In this document: piece after piece, positions 27,063 to 39,183 of the stretch
Position numbering within the stretch: the stretch's first letter is position 1
How the letters are laid out: each line of letters starts with the position of its first letter
DNA from: the human T2T-CHM13v2.0 reference genome, Homo sapiens
NCBI RefSeq assembly: GCF_009914755.1
Contig: NC_060929.1
DNA: 64,000 nt
Direction: 5' to 3' (one strand)
Made by a program: the position numbers and the translations under genes
The notes under the pieces: generated by a model
Databases searched by the model: none
Seen by the model: the letters and a program-made list of their open reading frames with translations, nothing else
What the model was told of the DNA's origin: nothing

Positions 27063-27986
27063 AATTATTTTATTTCCAACCTTAGAAGTTTATATTTGTT
27101 AAATATTTAGAAATAGTTTTTATGGGAATCAAAAGACATTTGAATATATTATCAAGAAATAAGAGGAGAAAAGAATTAGTTCTAGAAATTTAGATGTGAG
27201 AGATACCTAATGATAAATTCTTTTGGTAAGCAGAAAATTAAACCAACTTTATATAATTGCCTGACAAATTTACTTATTGAGAATTAAGCTTGAGGATTAA
27301 CAAATATGAAATAGATTACTTAAAGCAAAAGCTCAATATTTAATCCAGTAAATGTATTTCAGTTCATGGAAATGTATTTTAGTTCAGGCGTCTTTTGGTC
27401 TGTTTTATTTAATTCTTTTTATCTTACATTTGGCCTTCATTTTCGTGTAGAAGGACAAATGGCTGTCATTTTTACAACCAATACTGGTGCCTTTCAAACA
27501 AAAATGTCATTCAAGTGTCCTGTTTAAACTACTGGATATTTAACATCTTATTCTAATTAGGGGATCAGAATAAATCCGACTTGCTACAAATCTTCAGGTG
27601 GTTTATTGTGCCAAGAAATGTAATGTTCTGTCTGCATTTTAAAGTCATTTTATTCTTTAGAAATGCAGTGTACAAATGCATCAGGATAATCTATTTTGAC
27701 CTTATGAGAAGTGATAGAGGCCCACAATACATTTAGTTACAAATGTTTAATGTTTTAGTATTTCAATATCCAGTCTAATTTCTACCTCTAATATTTTCTG
27801 AGGAATAAGATATATAAAGTACTCAAATTATATATAAGGGAGAGTCAGTGATAAAACTCAGTTTTCAACATGCTAATGAAAGTCTTATTTATTAAGCGCA
27901 TTGTGCTGGATGGATCACACAGTGTAAGATGCAGGTTGTGTACATGTGATGCTGTGAAATATGTGTGTTTGATTTTTTTTCTCAAG

Positions 27987-28131
27987 ATAAAATCAGTGTC
28001 TAAAAGGAAGCAAGGATGATACTGATGTTCTCAGCACACAAAGCAACCTTTCACTCCGCCCAGCAGCCTTTGACTCTGCCGTGCGCTCTGTGCAAGACTG
28101 AAGAGTACATGATGAAAGAAGTTACGCAGAA
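27987..28131 (+). other. Candidate spliced exon in unique sequence (possible lncRNA)
   Basis: Acceptor 'gattttttttctcaag|' and donor 'GAA|gtaagg', 145 nt apart, with locally retained CpGs. No transcript evidence. Confidence 0.25.
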
Positions 28132-28714
28132 GTAAGGACATGTTGTGTGAAAACGGAGTCATTATCTACAACAGAATAAGTAAAAAAGACCGCTAAGAGA
28201 TGCAGCCACCTCAACAACACTTTTGTGGGAAAATTTTAGCTTCAGTAATTGAAAATTTCGTGCAGAAGGAGAGATATTTGAGTTTAGGAAGTGGAACTCC
28301 CAAACCATGAAAACAAATGAAAAGCAGCTTTCAGATGAGATGTACTATTATTGTCAAGGCACAGATATTGACTAAAATTATAAAATAAGAATCAGTGCTA
28401 AAAAAGTGATGCTAAGTAATATTCTTGAATATTTTAATAAAATGAATATGTCTTCTAAAATTCTGGTCCCAGAATGTAAGATGAGCATGTATGGGGTACA
28501 GAACTCTCCTTTAACTCTAATAATTATGTTTCTGCATTAAAAGCCTGTAGTCTTATTTTCGATTACTACATACATCCACAGTTCATTATTAGTTTCTAGG
28601 CATGTATGAAAGAATAAAAAGATGCAGTCTTCATTTGACTAATATCTATTAAAGGCAACAACCCAGAATCCACTTTTATTTTCTTTATACAAATGCTTGC
28701 TTTTAAAAATGGTA

Positions 28715-30225
28715 AAAATATAAATATAGAAATAGATCAATCAAACAGAAAAAAAGGATCCCAAAAATAGACCCACATAAATATAGTCAATTTATTTTTA
28801 ACACTGGACATAGGCAATACAATGGAGAAAACATGGTCTTTCAAAAAGTGGTGCTAGAACAACTGTATATTCACATGCAGAAAAATTAATCTGGACACAC
28901 ACCTTACACTCATCACCAAAACTAAGTCAAAATGTATCACAGACCTAAATGTAAAATGCAAAACTATAAAAATCCTAGAGGATAACATAGGAAAACGTGT
29001 AGATAATCTTGCATTTGATAAGGACTTTTTAGATATGACACCAATGGCACAATCTGTGAAAGAATTGATAAACTGGAATACATTAAAATTTAAAAAAATT
29101 CTCTTCTGTGAAAGACAATGTTAAGAGAATGAAAAGACGAACCAGAGACTGGGAGAGAATAGTTGCTAAGCACATACCTGATAATGGATTGTTATCCAAA
29201 TTAATAAAGAACTTTTATAACTCAACCATAAGAAAACAAACAACTTATTTTGTAATGGGTCAAAGCTATCTCACCAAACAAGACACACAAATGGCAAACG
29301 GATTAAAAGATGTTGTACATAGCATATGGCACCAGGGGAGTTCAAATTCACACAACAATACATCTTAATGATCCCACCTAATGAATAGCCAAAACCTAGA
29401 ACATTGACAACACCAAATGCTGGTGAGAATTTGGAGCAAAAAGAACTCTCATTTACTTCTGATGGAAATTCAAAATGGTACAGCAACCTTGAAAAACAAG
29501 TTGGCAGGTGCTTACAAAACTAAACATACTCTTACCATACAGCACAGCAATCATGCTCCTTGGTATTTACCCAAAGGAGTTGAAACATTATGTCCATAAA
29601 AACCCTGCACACAGATATTTCCAGTAGCTTTATTCATAATTTCCAATACTTAGAAGCAGCCAAGAAGTCCTTCCAAAGGTAAATGAATAAATACACTATG
29701 GTACATCCAGATGATGGAATATTACTCAGGACCAAAAGTGAAATGAGCTATCACGCATGAAATAACATAGAGGAAATTTAAATGCACTTAGTGAACGATG
29801 CCAATCTAAAATGGATATATAATGTGTGATTGCAACAACATAATATTCTGTAAAAGGTAAAACTATAGAGACCATAAAAAGATTAGTGGTTGCCAGGGGT
29901 TAGCAGGAAGAAAAGAATAGGCCAAACACAGATGATTTATTTTGGGCAGTGAAACTACTTGGTATGGTACTGTAATAGTGAATATATGTCATGTAGATTT
30001 GTCCAAACCCGTAAAACGTATGATACCAAGACTGAACTCTTAATATAAACTATGGACTTTGGGTAATAACAATGTGTCAGTGTTGTTTCAGGTATGGTAG
30101 CAAATGTACCATTCTGTGGGAGACATTAATAATGGGGGAGGCTATGAATGTGTAGGGGCCAGCAGGAAATATATGGGAGCTCTGTACCTATCATCCAATT
30201 TACTGATAACCTAAAGCTGCTTCTA
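28715..30225 (+). mobile_element. L1 ORF2 C-terminus plus 3' UTR (L1MC1-like)
   Basis: ORF2 remnants 'KDNVKRMKRRTRDWERIVAKHIPDNGLLSK'. 3' UTR 'aaaaggtaaaactatagagac...gtggttgccagggg...tttgtccaaacccgta...taaactatggactttgggt'. Confidence 0.88.
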
Positions 30226-30856
30226 CATTTAGTTTTACCTGTTTGTAATCATTTTATTTGTTTGTTTTGAACTAGTGGGAGCTTACTTGTGTAAAGAAGA
30301 TTACATTTCTGTACTCTAGTCTTTTTTGGTTATATTTCAGTAAAATTAAGGTGTAAAATGATTTGAAACATTATGTTGCTTCTCTGCTAATTAAAATTTC
30401 TCTTTTTCAATTTCCACCTAATGTAGCTTTTATTTTCTTAAGTGTAGGCACTGTACATACAATAAGTACTGACTAACTTTACTAATCCTCAATCCACACT
30501 GAAATACTCCCTGGATATCTGCGTACAAGAAAGGGAAATTAAATTTTCAAAGTAAATTAGTAAAAAAAAATTGTGTTTAAGACATTTAATGAGTTTATAT
30601 AACATAGTTCCCTTATAACTGTTACATTGTATTTACTGGATCTGAAACTTTGTACTATTAAAACTAAAATTATTGACTTTGTTCTCCTTACTCACAGACA
30701 TGATGTAACCATAACCATAAAAATCTGTTTCTATGATTATATTTATTTATCTCATTCCTAGTATATTAATATTAACCAGGGCTCATTTTTAAAACAATAT
30801 TCTATCAGTAGTTGAAACAATTTTAACACTGGCAAGCAATGTGTCAAGATACATGG

Positions 30857-33086
30857 TGCATTAGTCTGTTTTCACACTGCTTTAAAGATACTACCTGAGA
30901 CTGGGCAATTTACACACAAAAGAGGTTTAATTCACTCACAGTTCCCCTTGGCTGGGGTGGGGGCTACTCAGGAAACTTACAATCATGATGGAAGGTGAAA
31001 GGGAAGCAAGGCACGTCTTTACAAGGTGGTGAGAGAGGGAGAGAGAGAGCAAGGAAGTGCCACACTTAAAACCGTCAGCATTCATGAGAACTCCCTCACT
31101 ATCATGAGAACAGCATGAGGAAAACTGCCCCCATGATCCAGTCACCTCCTACCAGGTTTCTCCCTCAACATGTGGGGATTACAATTCAAGATAAGATGTG
31201 GGTGGGGACAGAGAGCCAAACTATATCATTCTGTCCCTCACCCCTCCTAAATCTCATGTTCTTCTCACATTTCAAAACACAACCATGTCTTCCCAACAGT
31301 CCCCCAAAGTCTTAACTCATTCAAGCATTAATGCAAAAGTCCAAGTACAAAGTCTCATCTGAGACAAGGGAAGTCCCTTCCACCTATGAGTCTGTAAAAT
31401 TAAAAGCAAGTTAGTTATTTCCTAGATACAATGGGGATACAGGTATTGTGTAAATGTTCTCATTCCAAATGGGAGAAATTGGCCAAAACAAAAGGACCAC
31501 AAGCCTCATGCAAGTGTGAAACTTGGCCAGGCAGTCATTAAATCTTAAAGCTCCAAAATATCCTTTGGCCCCATGTCTCATATGCAGGAAAATGCTGATG
31601 CAAGGGGTGGGCTCCCACAGCCTTGGGCAGCTGTGCTCCTGTAGCTTTGCAGAGTACAGCACCTGTGGGTGCTTTCTAGGGCTGGCATTGAGTGCCTGTG
31701 GCTTTTCCAGGCACATGGTTCCAACCACACATTTCCCTTTTGCACTGCCCTAGCAGAGGTTCTCCATGAGGGTTCTGCCCCTGCAGCAGACTTCTGCCTG
31801 GACATTTCCACACATCCTCTGAAATCTAGGTGGAGGCTCCCAAACCTCAACTCTTGCCCTCTGCACACCTGCAGGCCTAACACCACGTGGAAGTCACCAA
31901 GGCTTGTTGCTTGCACCCTCTGAGTTCACAGCCCAAGCTTTACCTTGGCTCCTTTCAGACATGACTGGACCTGGAGTGGCTGGGACACAGGGCACCAAGT
32001 CCCAAGGCTGCTCGGAGCAGTGGACCCCTGGGACTGGCTTACGAAACCATTTTTCCCTCCTAGGCCTCTGGGCCTGTGATGGAAGGGGCTGGCATGAAGG
32101 TCTCTGACATGCTTTGGAGACATTTTCCCCATTGTTTTGGTTATTAAATTTCAGGTCCTCTTTAATTATGAAAATTTCTGCAGCTGGCTTGAATGCCTCT
32201 CCAGAAAATGGGTTTTTCTTTTGTACCACACTGTTGGGCTGCAAATTTTCCAAACTTTTATGCTCTGCTTCCTTTTTAAGCATGAGTTCCAATTTCAAAC
32301 CATCTGTTTGTGAATGCATATAACTGAATACTTTGAGAATAAGCCAAGTCACTTCTAAGCATGCTTTGCTGCTTAGAAATTTCTTCTGCCAGATACCCTA
32401 AATAATCTCTCTCAAGTTTAAAGTTCCACAGATCTCTAGGGCAAGGGCAAAATCCTGCCAGTCTCTTTGCTAAAGTATAGCATGATTGACCTTTACTCCA
32501 GTTCCCAAAAAGTTCCTTATCTCCATCTGAGACCACCTCAACCTGGACTTCATTGTCCATATCTCTATTAGCATTCTGATCAAAATGATTCAACAAATCC
32601 TAGGAAGTTTCAAACTTTCCCACATCTTCCTTTGTTCCCTTGAGCCCTCCAAACTGTTCCAACCTCTGCCTGTTCCAACATCACTTCCACATTTTCAGGT
32701 TAACTTTATAGCAGTACCCAAGTCTGCTGGTACCAATTCTCTGTATTAGTCTGTTTTCACATTACTATAAACATACTACCTGAGACTGGGTAATTTATAA
32801 ACATAAGAGTTTTAATTGACTCACAGTTCCATATGGCTGGGGAGGCTTCAACAAACTTACAATCACAGTGGAAAGTGAAGGGGAAGCAAGGCACATATTC
32901 ACAAGGCAGCAGGAGAGAGAAACAGCAAGGAAGTGCCACATTTAAAACCATCAGCTCTCATGAGAACCCCCTCACTATCAAGAGAACAGCATGATCTCAT
33001 GATCCAATCACCTCCCACCAGGTCGACATGTGGGGATTACAATTCAAGATGAGATTTGGGTGGGGACATGAAGCCAAATCATATCA
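30857..33086 (-). mobile_element. Two-LTR THE1D/MSTA-type MaLR provirus (LTR 30857-31228, internal 31229-32741, LTR 32742-33086)
   Basis: Two similar LTRs 'tg(c/t)attagtctgttttcac...agccaaa..atatca'. Internal region with decayed MaLR ORF pieces ('CYTLAKRLAGFCPCPRDLWNFKLERDYLGYLAEEISKQQS'). Junction 'ggtaccaattctc|tg'. Confidence 0.93.
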
Positions 33087-33394
33087 TCTGGTGAATAACT
33101 ATTCACAAGAATCATACTCTCTATTCAATTTTGATTTATTTTGTTCGACTTAGTAGTGTATAAATAATTGAACAATTAGTATGTTCTCTTTGCATTTCTG
33201 GGCCTTTATTAACTGTATCAACCTGTCCCTTTGTTAAAGATATTCTCCTTTGTATTATGCTAAATTTACTAGTTGTTTTGTTTATAAAATTTAAAAATCT
33301 ACAGAGCGTAATTTCAAGAACTATACTTTATTCTAACTGGACTGATAAGAAAATGAAATTCAAATTTTACATTTCAGATAATTCATCGTTTTTG

Positions 33395-35660
33395 ACTAGA
33401 TAATAATTTTAAACTAATTACTTAGAGTTGCAAAATTAGTACCAAAATTCCTGTATACTCTTCAACTATTTTTCCCTAATATTAACCTTTATATATCCAT
33501 ACTATAATTACCGAAACCAGAACATTTACATTGCTTTAATACTAAGACTTTGTTCAAATTTCAAAATTTTTCATATTAATTTCCTTTTATTTTTTGTTCC
33601 AGGACCCTATTCAGGAATCCACATTTCATTTAGTTTTTATTTCACCTTAGATTCCAGTAATCTCTAACATTTCCCTATTATCTCTCTTTCAAAACCTTGA
33701 CACTCTTCTAGGGTGCTGATCTACTATTTGATAGAATTTCCTTTAAATTTGGGTTTGTCCAATGTTTTCTCATGACTAGAATAAAGTTACGCATCTTGGG
33801 ATGAATACCACAGAAATGGCAGTATGTCCTTTGTGGTGTGCCATGTCAGGGTGTTTGTGATGCTGATATTTCTTATCGTTGGTAAAGTTAATCTGGATAG
33901 TTTGAATATGGTGCTATCCACTGTAAAGTTATTATCTTTCACTCAGTAGTTAAATAATATCTTGGAGTAAGTTTTTCGAAAGTACACAATACTATTTCTC
34001 TTCCAACTTTGCTAACTACTTTTCGCATCCATCAATAGATCATGCCTGCAACAGTCCTTGCTATGATGTTTGCTTAAAGTCATAGTTCTACAGTTAATAA
34101 TTGGGAATTGCTCTGTAAAAAAAAAAAAAGACCTGTTCTTTATTCTCTATTTACTTGTCTGATTATTATTTATAACAATGTGCAAACATGGATATTTATT
34201 CTCTGGGTTGATTTTAATGTACAAATTGTTCCAACTCTGCCACTGGGAACATCTTCAGGTTAGTACCTGTACTCGTTCAACAAGACCCCATCTTTTTAAG
34301 AACTTTCTTACCTTCTAACTCCAGATTTATCTAGTATTGCCTCTACCCAACCCTGGAAAGCAAGCACTTCTCTAAGAATTCCTGATACCTTTTAACTGAA
34401 GAATGGTGTTTCCAAAACAAATAGGCGCCTCATTGCTACTAGATTTCATTGCTCCTAGAAGCTCTCAGTAGTCAGGGATAGGAGATTATGTATGTAAACT
34501 AATCTGTACAATACTCACATCTATATTTATTTTTCTACCTCTCTGTGTATATATGTATTATAAAATTTAAGATACATGTCATACATATGTTTGTATATAC
34601 ATAGGTATTTATATAGGCTTGTGGGTATGTGTTTATATTGTTAACTTTGAGTGCAGTCCAACACAATGGGGTTTATTTTATCCTTACTCTTTTCTTGAAC
34701 ATGATACATATAGTTCTACATATGTACATGAACATTATACCTATAGTTACAGTATATTTATTCTTGTTTGTTCAATGCTAGTATACATATAAAATAGCTT
34801 CAGGATTGCTAAAGACTATCATTGGAAGAAATATATTTACTAAATAGAATACAACATATACTAAATAGAATACAACATTTATGCATAATTCTTTCTTTCT
34901 TTAGCCTTGCAGTATCCAATCAAAATATTGTTTCCCAAAGTTACTTAGGTAGTTGCTTTCTCCATAATCAACTTCTGTGATGATGCTATTATGTGTAATC
35001 TTGTTAACTTCATTTGTTAGTGTGTGAATTCCACTTTGGCTTTCCTCCATGCCTTGATGAGGTTTTAATAGTTTATTCTGAGGGGTTGTGAAGGGTATGA
35101 AAACATTACTGTATTTCCAAGAATCCGTGCTACAAAATAGTTCTCAGATAAATATTACTCGTTCTTCACTTCTGCTGCTCCATTCTCATTCTTCTGTTCT
35201 TAACACCACTTTGACACACTTTCCCTGTAGTTAACCAGTTAGAACATACATATGTATATTCTTATATCCCCTCTTCTTACTGTAAATAAGGGAAACATAG
35301 TACAGGTATTTCAGTCATTGGCTTTTTTATGTGGTGCTATATACTAGAAATCATCCCACTCTCAACTGGCAGATATCCTCCTGTTTCATTTTTCACAGGT
35401 GCATAGAGCTCCACTGTGTGGCTATACCATAGTATTCTCAACCACTCTCCTGTGTACTTAGCGATACTTAGATTGTTTACAATATTTTACAAATGCTGTT
35501 ATATTGAATAATCTTATTAATATAGACTTTCAAATAACTGGAGCTATCTCTTCAGGGTAGTCTTCTTCTTGTAATCACGTAAGTGTGTAAATAGTATTGT
35601 TAAAGCATTGTCAAATATCTGCACAGAAGTACTGTGCTAATTTACATTACCAACAACAAT
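33395..35660 (-). mobile_element. Old L1 3' region (L1MC4/L1ME-like), fragmented
   Basis: 'gttgcaaaattagtaccaaaattcctgtatactcttca', 'ccaggaccctattcagg', 'ccactgtaaagttat', 'caaattgttccaactctgccactgggaac'. Confidence 0.7.
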
Positions 35661-36900
35661 CTGTGCGAGTTAAGTGCCTATTTCTCAATGAAACGTGTTG
35701 TTTCTTTATGTCATTTGCATTTTTTTCTTCTATCTTTATACTATAGACATTCCCTTGGTTGATATCTTGCCCTTTTTCAATAATCCTTAGTAAATCTTCA
35801 TCCAAGTCAATCCTTACTATAGTGCTTTTTTCACCCAAAAAGTTGAGTAATTATTTTCTTTATTTCTGAAGTAATCTTGTCTTATCCTTCCATTACTTTT
35901 CAGAGTTCAATCAATTTTTAATTTTTTTCCAGTTTTATTGTGTATTTCTGTTCGTTCTTTTTGAAATTCTTAAGATTTTATAAATCTTCAAATGCTTGTT
36001 TGAATATATTTAATATTGTTTGGAGTATAGAATTACAGTTTTTCTTCTGTTTCATTCCTATTTTTCAAGGAGAAATTTTCTCCAGTTGATTTGGGAAATT
36101 TTGTTTCCTGACTTACTGCAATAGTTGTCCACAGACTTTTCCTTTGTTTATTTTATAGTATTGGGGTATTTTCCTGATTTTTGTTTATGGCATTCTCCTT
36201 TGCTTATCTATCAAAGTTCAGGTATATAACAAGATGTTTTATTTTCATGTTTTGCCAGTAGTCACATAGTTGTGAGTCCCATGATTTTGCAGTTTTCTTC
36301 CATTTTTCAGGCCTCTAAAATTTTCACTTCTACTTCTTTGTTCCTGTTCATCACCCAATTGCCAATATGTACTTCTGTCTTCTTTATTATTGCTTTTTTT
36401 TCCCCCTTGAGAAGCTATTTCTTTAGAAGTTTGGCCATTTAAATCATGCTTGCTTATTTAAACCAAATGTGTTCCTGTGTATAGCATTTGTGGCTCTTTA
36501 TATGGTATCTGGCCCATTAAATTATTCTTAATTTGAAACCCCTCCTTCATAGTTTGTGCTTTTGTCTTTTCAGTTATTGATATTGTATTTTCAGATTTAT
36601 GATGAATTTAATCTTTTTTGACGCTTTTTCTACCTAGTCTTAATCAATCCCTTTCACTGACACTCACCCTCAGATTTCCATATGTACTTTTTCTTGTGTG
36701 AGTTTGTTCCCATATTCACTACAAAGCCTTGCTGTGCAGTGGCAGTTAGACGGCAGTTTATAAAACCATAGTGGGAGTTCTTTTTCTTTTACTCACAGTT
36801 ATTTTTTCTCAGTGTTAGCATTCTTTTTTTCAAGAAATGAAAATAGTGTGGTTCTTCACAGAATTTTCATAAAGATGAAGTAATCTCACATCTTTTAGTA
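35660..36900 (-). mobile_element. Very old L1/HAL1 ORF1-region remnant
   Basis: T-rich strand bias. Translation 'LDEDLLRIIEKGQDINQGN..KIEEK' resembles the ORF1p coiled-coil region. Confidence 0.4.
36475..36662 (+). repeat. Copy 1 of a 188-bp local direct duplication
   Basis: Aligns to 38997-39183 with about 16 substitutions and 1 indel. Confidence 0.95.
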
Positions 36901-38272
36901 AGAAAATTGGGAGAAATTGATTATTATAGACGAGCTATTTCTTTCCTTCACTTAGTCTTAAGCTCACAGTTTTTTCAAGTGGTTATGTACTAAAATTGGA
37001 TAGATAATTTGGATGCTTCCCTACCTTCCCATCTTGACCCCAATAAAAATTTAAATGCCACTGAACTACAACAACCTATCAACACATTTTATTACTTTTC
37101 TTGACACTTACAATAGTTTGCAAGCAATTATTTGGGCCTCAAGTAAAATAATGATTGTAATCCATCATCCCACACTTCGATAATTGTTGAATCTGCATAG
37201 AAGATTGTATCATATGCACATTAATTGCCTCTAAGTACAAGAAGCTTATAATTCAATAAGTAGAAATATTCCAAATTCTTAACAATAGATCTTTATGCAT
37301 TCTATACTTCAAAAAAAATTGAATGATTAATTGTTGAGATTTCCCCTTATGTAACTTTCAAATTATTCCTAGGATAATTTCTCAATAAAGCAAAAGTGAA
37401 ACCCATTATTCTTATTTTGTAGTTCTTCCTTCCACAAACTTCCTCAGATGCTGTGAATGACAATTACACTTCTTTCTTTGAACTCTAAGTCAATATAATT
37501 ACCTTACCAGCAGCTCTGCTTTTGTAAGTTCTTGCCTTTCTATGATGTTGTCACTCATCTCAGGAGCTGTTGCAAGACTAGGAACGTCCACCAATGGTCA
37601 ATATGTCCTAGTTTTCTTGGATTCTGCCACGCTTTGCTTTACAATTCAGTGTGTATAGGTGTTTAAGTTGTGTTTAATGGCATGTGAGTAAAATTACTAG
37701 CTCTACTTCTAGACCTGATCTTTAGAAACAATCCTTTCCTCCACTGTTAATGCAATGGATTCAAACAACATAGCGGGAAAAATGTGGGTTTCTGAATGGC
37801 TTCATGCAACAAAGCGTGCTCACCACAAGGCACTCTAAAAGTTTAGAGTGAAAACTTTTTGAAATTTTAACTGTAGTAGCAGTAAGCTTATGCTAGGTAA
37901 TTCAGACACAATTATCATCTTGGGTTGAGATTTATTACACTTCTACATTGCCTGTATTACCAACATCACCGCTAACATTGTAATAAGCATGCAAAAATTA
38001 TTGTTGAATGGATATTTTTCTCTACCAATGTAGTTACTAGTGTTAATGTTCTATTTTTATTGAAATTAAAATTCAATTTTTTTTCAAGGAACACTTGAGT
38101 CTACCCAGATATTCTAACCTGGGAGACATTATAATTTATTTTAGGTCTTCAAAGTTAATTTACACTTTGTTTCACAGTTTCCTTCATCAAGAAACCTGAA
38201 ACAATATCCTGGGACTGAGGCAGAGAATAGCATAAAACATCTGTCTATGGTATACTCCAAATTATTTCTCTT

Positions 38273-38679
38273 TGATGTAGACACAATGAGGCACCACCCA
38301 GGCCCTTGCTTAAGAAAGATTTATTTCCATCTGTGGGAGTGCGGTCACCAGAAATCCTCCAGGTATAGGGGTGCCTCAGATTCAGAGAGTTGCCTTGCCC
38401 AAGGGCATGCCCGCCTTTAAGAGGTCAGAATCTTGTTGATGAACTAAATGAGATATAAAGGCCTGCGCATTTCAACCAGATGCAAAACACTCTAGATGAC
38501 AATATTCCCCTCAGAGTGCTCTATTGTTTTGGGTGAAGTTTTGCTGGACCTGTATTATAATTGAATTATTGTACTTCTGTTTCCAGCCCCCTCTTGTTTT
38601 TTTCACATTGAGTCTAATAAACATCTTACATTCTAAACTTTATTTCAGTGTATGTTTCCAGAGTACCCAACTCACCACA
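38273..38679 (+). mobile_element. LTR16A-like ERVL LTR
   Basis: 'gagagttgccttgcccaagggcatgccc', 'tataaaggcc', 'ctaataaacatcttaca...tttccagagtacccaac..aca'. Confidence 0.75.
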
Positions 38680-38996
38680 CTTGGGCATATGTCATTATTC
38701 TTAATAACTAAACAGGTTTAAAAAAGTCTCTCCTGCAATCTAAGCTTCATTGAAATCTTTCGTGTTGTCCCAAATTGTCTGAGGAAAGAATGCTTCCTAG
38801 GTCCTGAATGTGATATCTATTATGATAGTTGGTAAAACAATCTCAATTAATTCTATAACTGAACAAAGCATGCCAATACAAAAAACAAAAACAAAATAGA
38901 AGACTAGCTAGATTGGTTAAGGAAATAACAAAAAAACAAAAAGAGGAGAAAAAGAACAATAGAAAAATCAGTGGGAACAAGCAGCATTGGCATAAG

Positions 38997-39183
38997 CTGT
39001 ATACAGCATTTGTGGCTCTTTATATGATATCTGGTCCATTAAATTATTCTTAATTTGAAACCCCTCTTCCATAGTTTGTGCTTTTGTCTTTTCAGTTACT
39101 GATATTGTATTTTCGGATTTATAATGAGTTTAATCTTTTTGATGTTTTTCCTACCTAGTTTTACTCAGTCCCTTTCACTGACA
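38997..39183 (+). repeat. Copy 2 of the 188-bp local direct duplication
   Basis: About 91% identical to 36475-36662. Confidence 0.95.

Noticed and set aside
31411-32596. Cluster of overlapping 67-152 aa ORFs
   Set aside because: Frameshifted remnants and antisense frames of the THE1/MST internal region.
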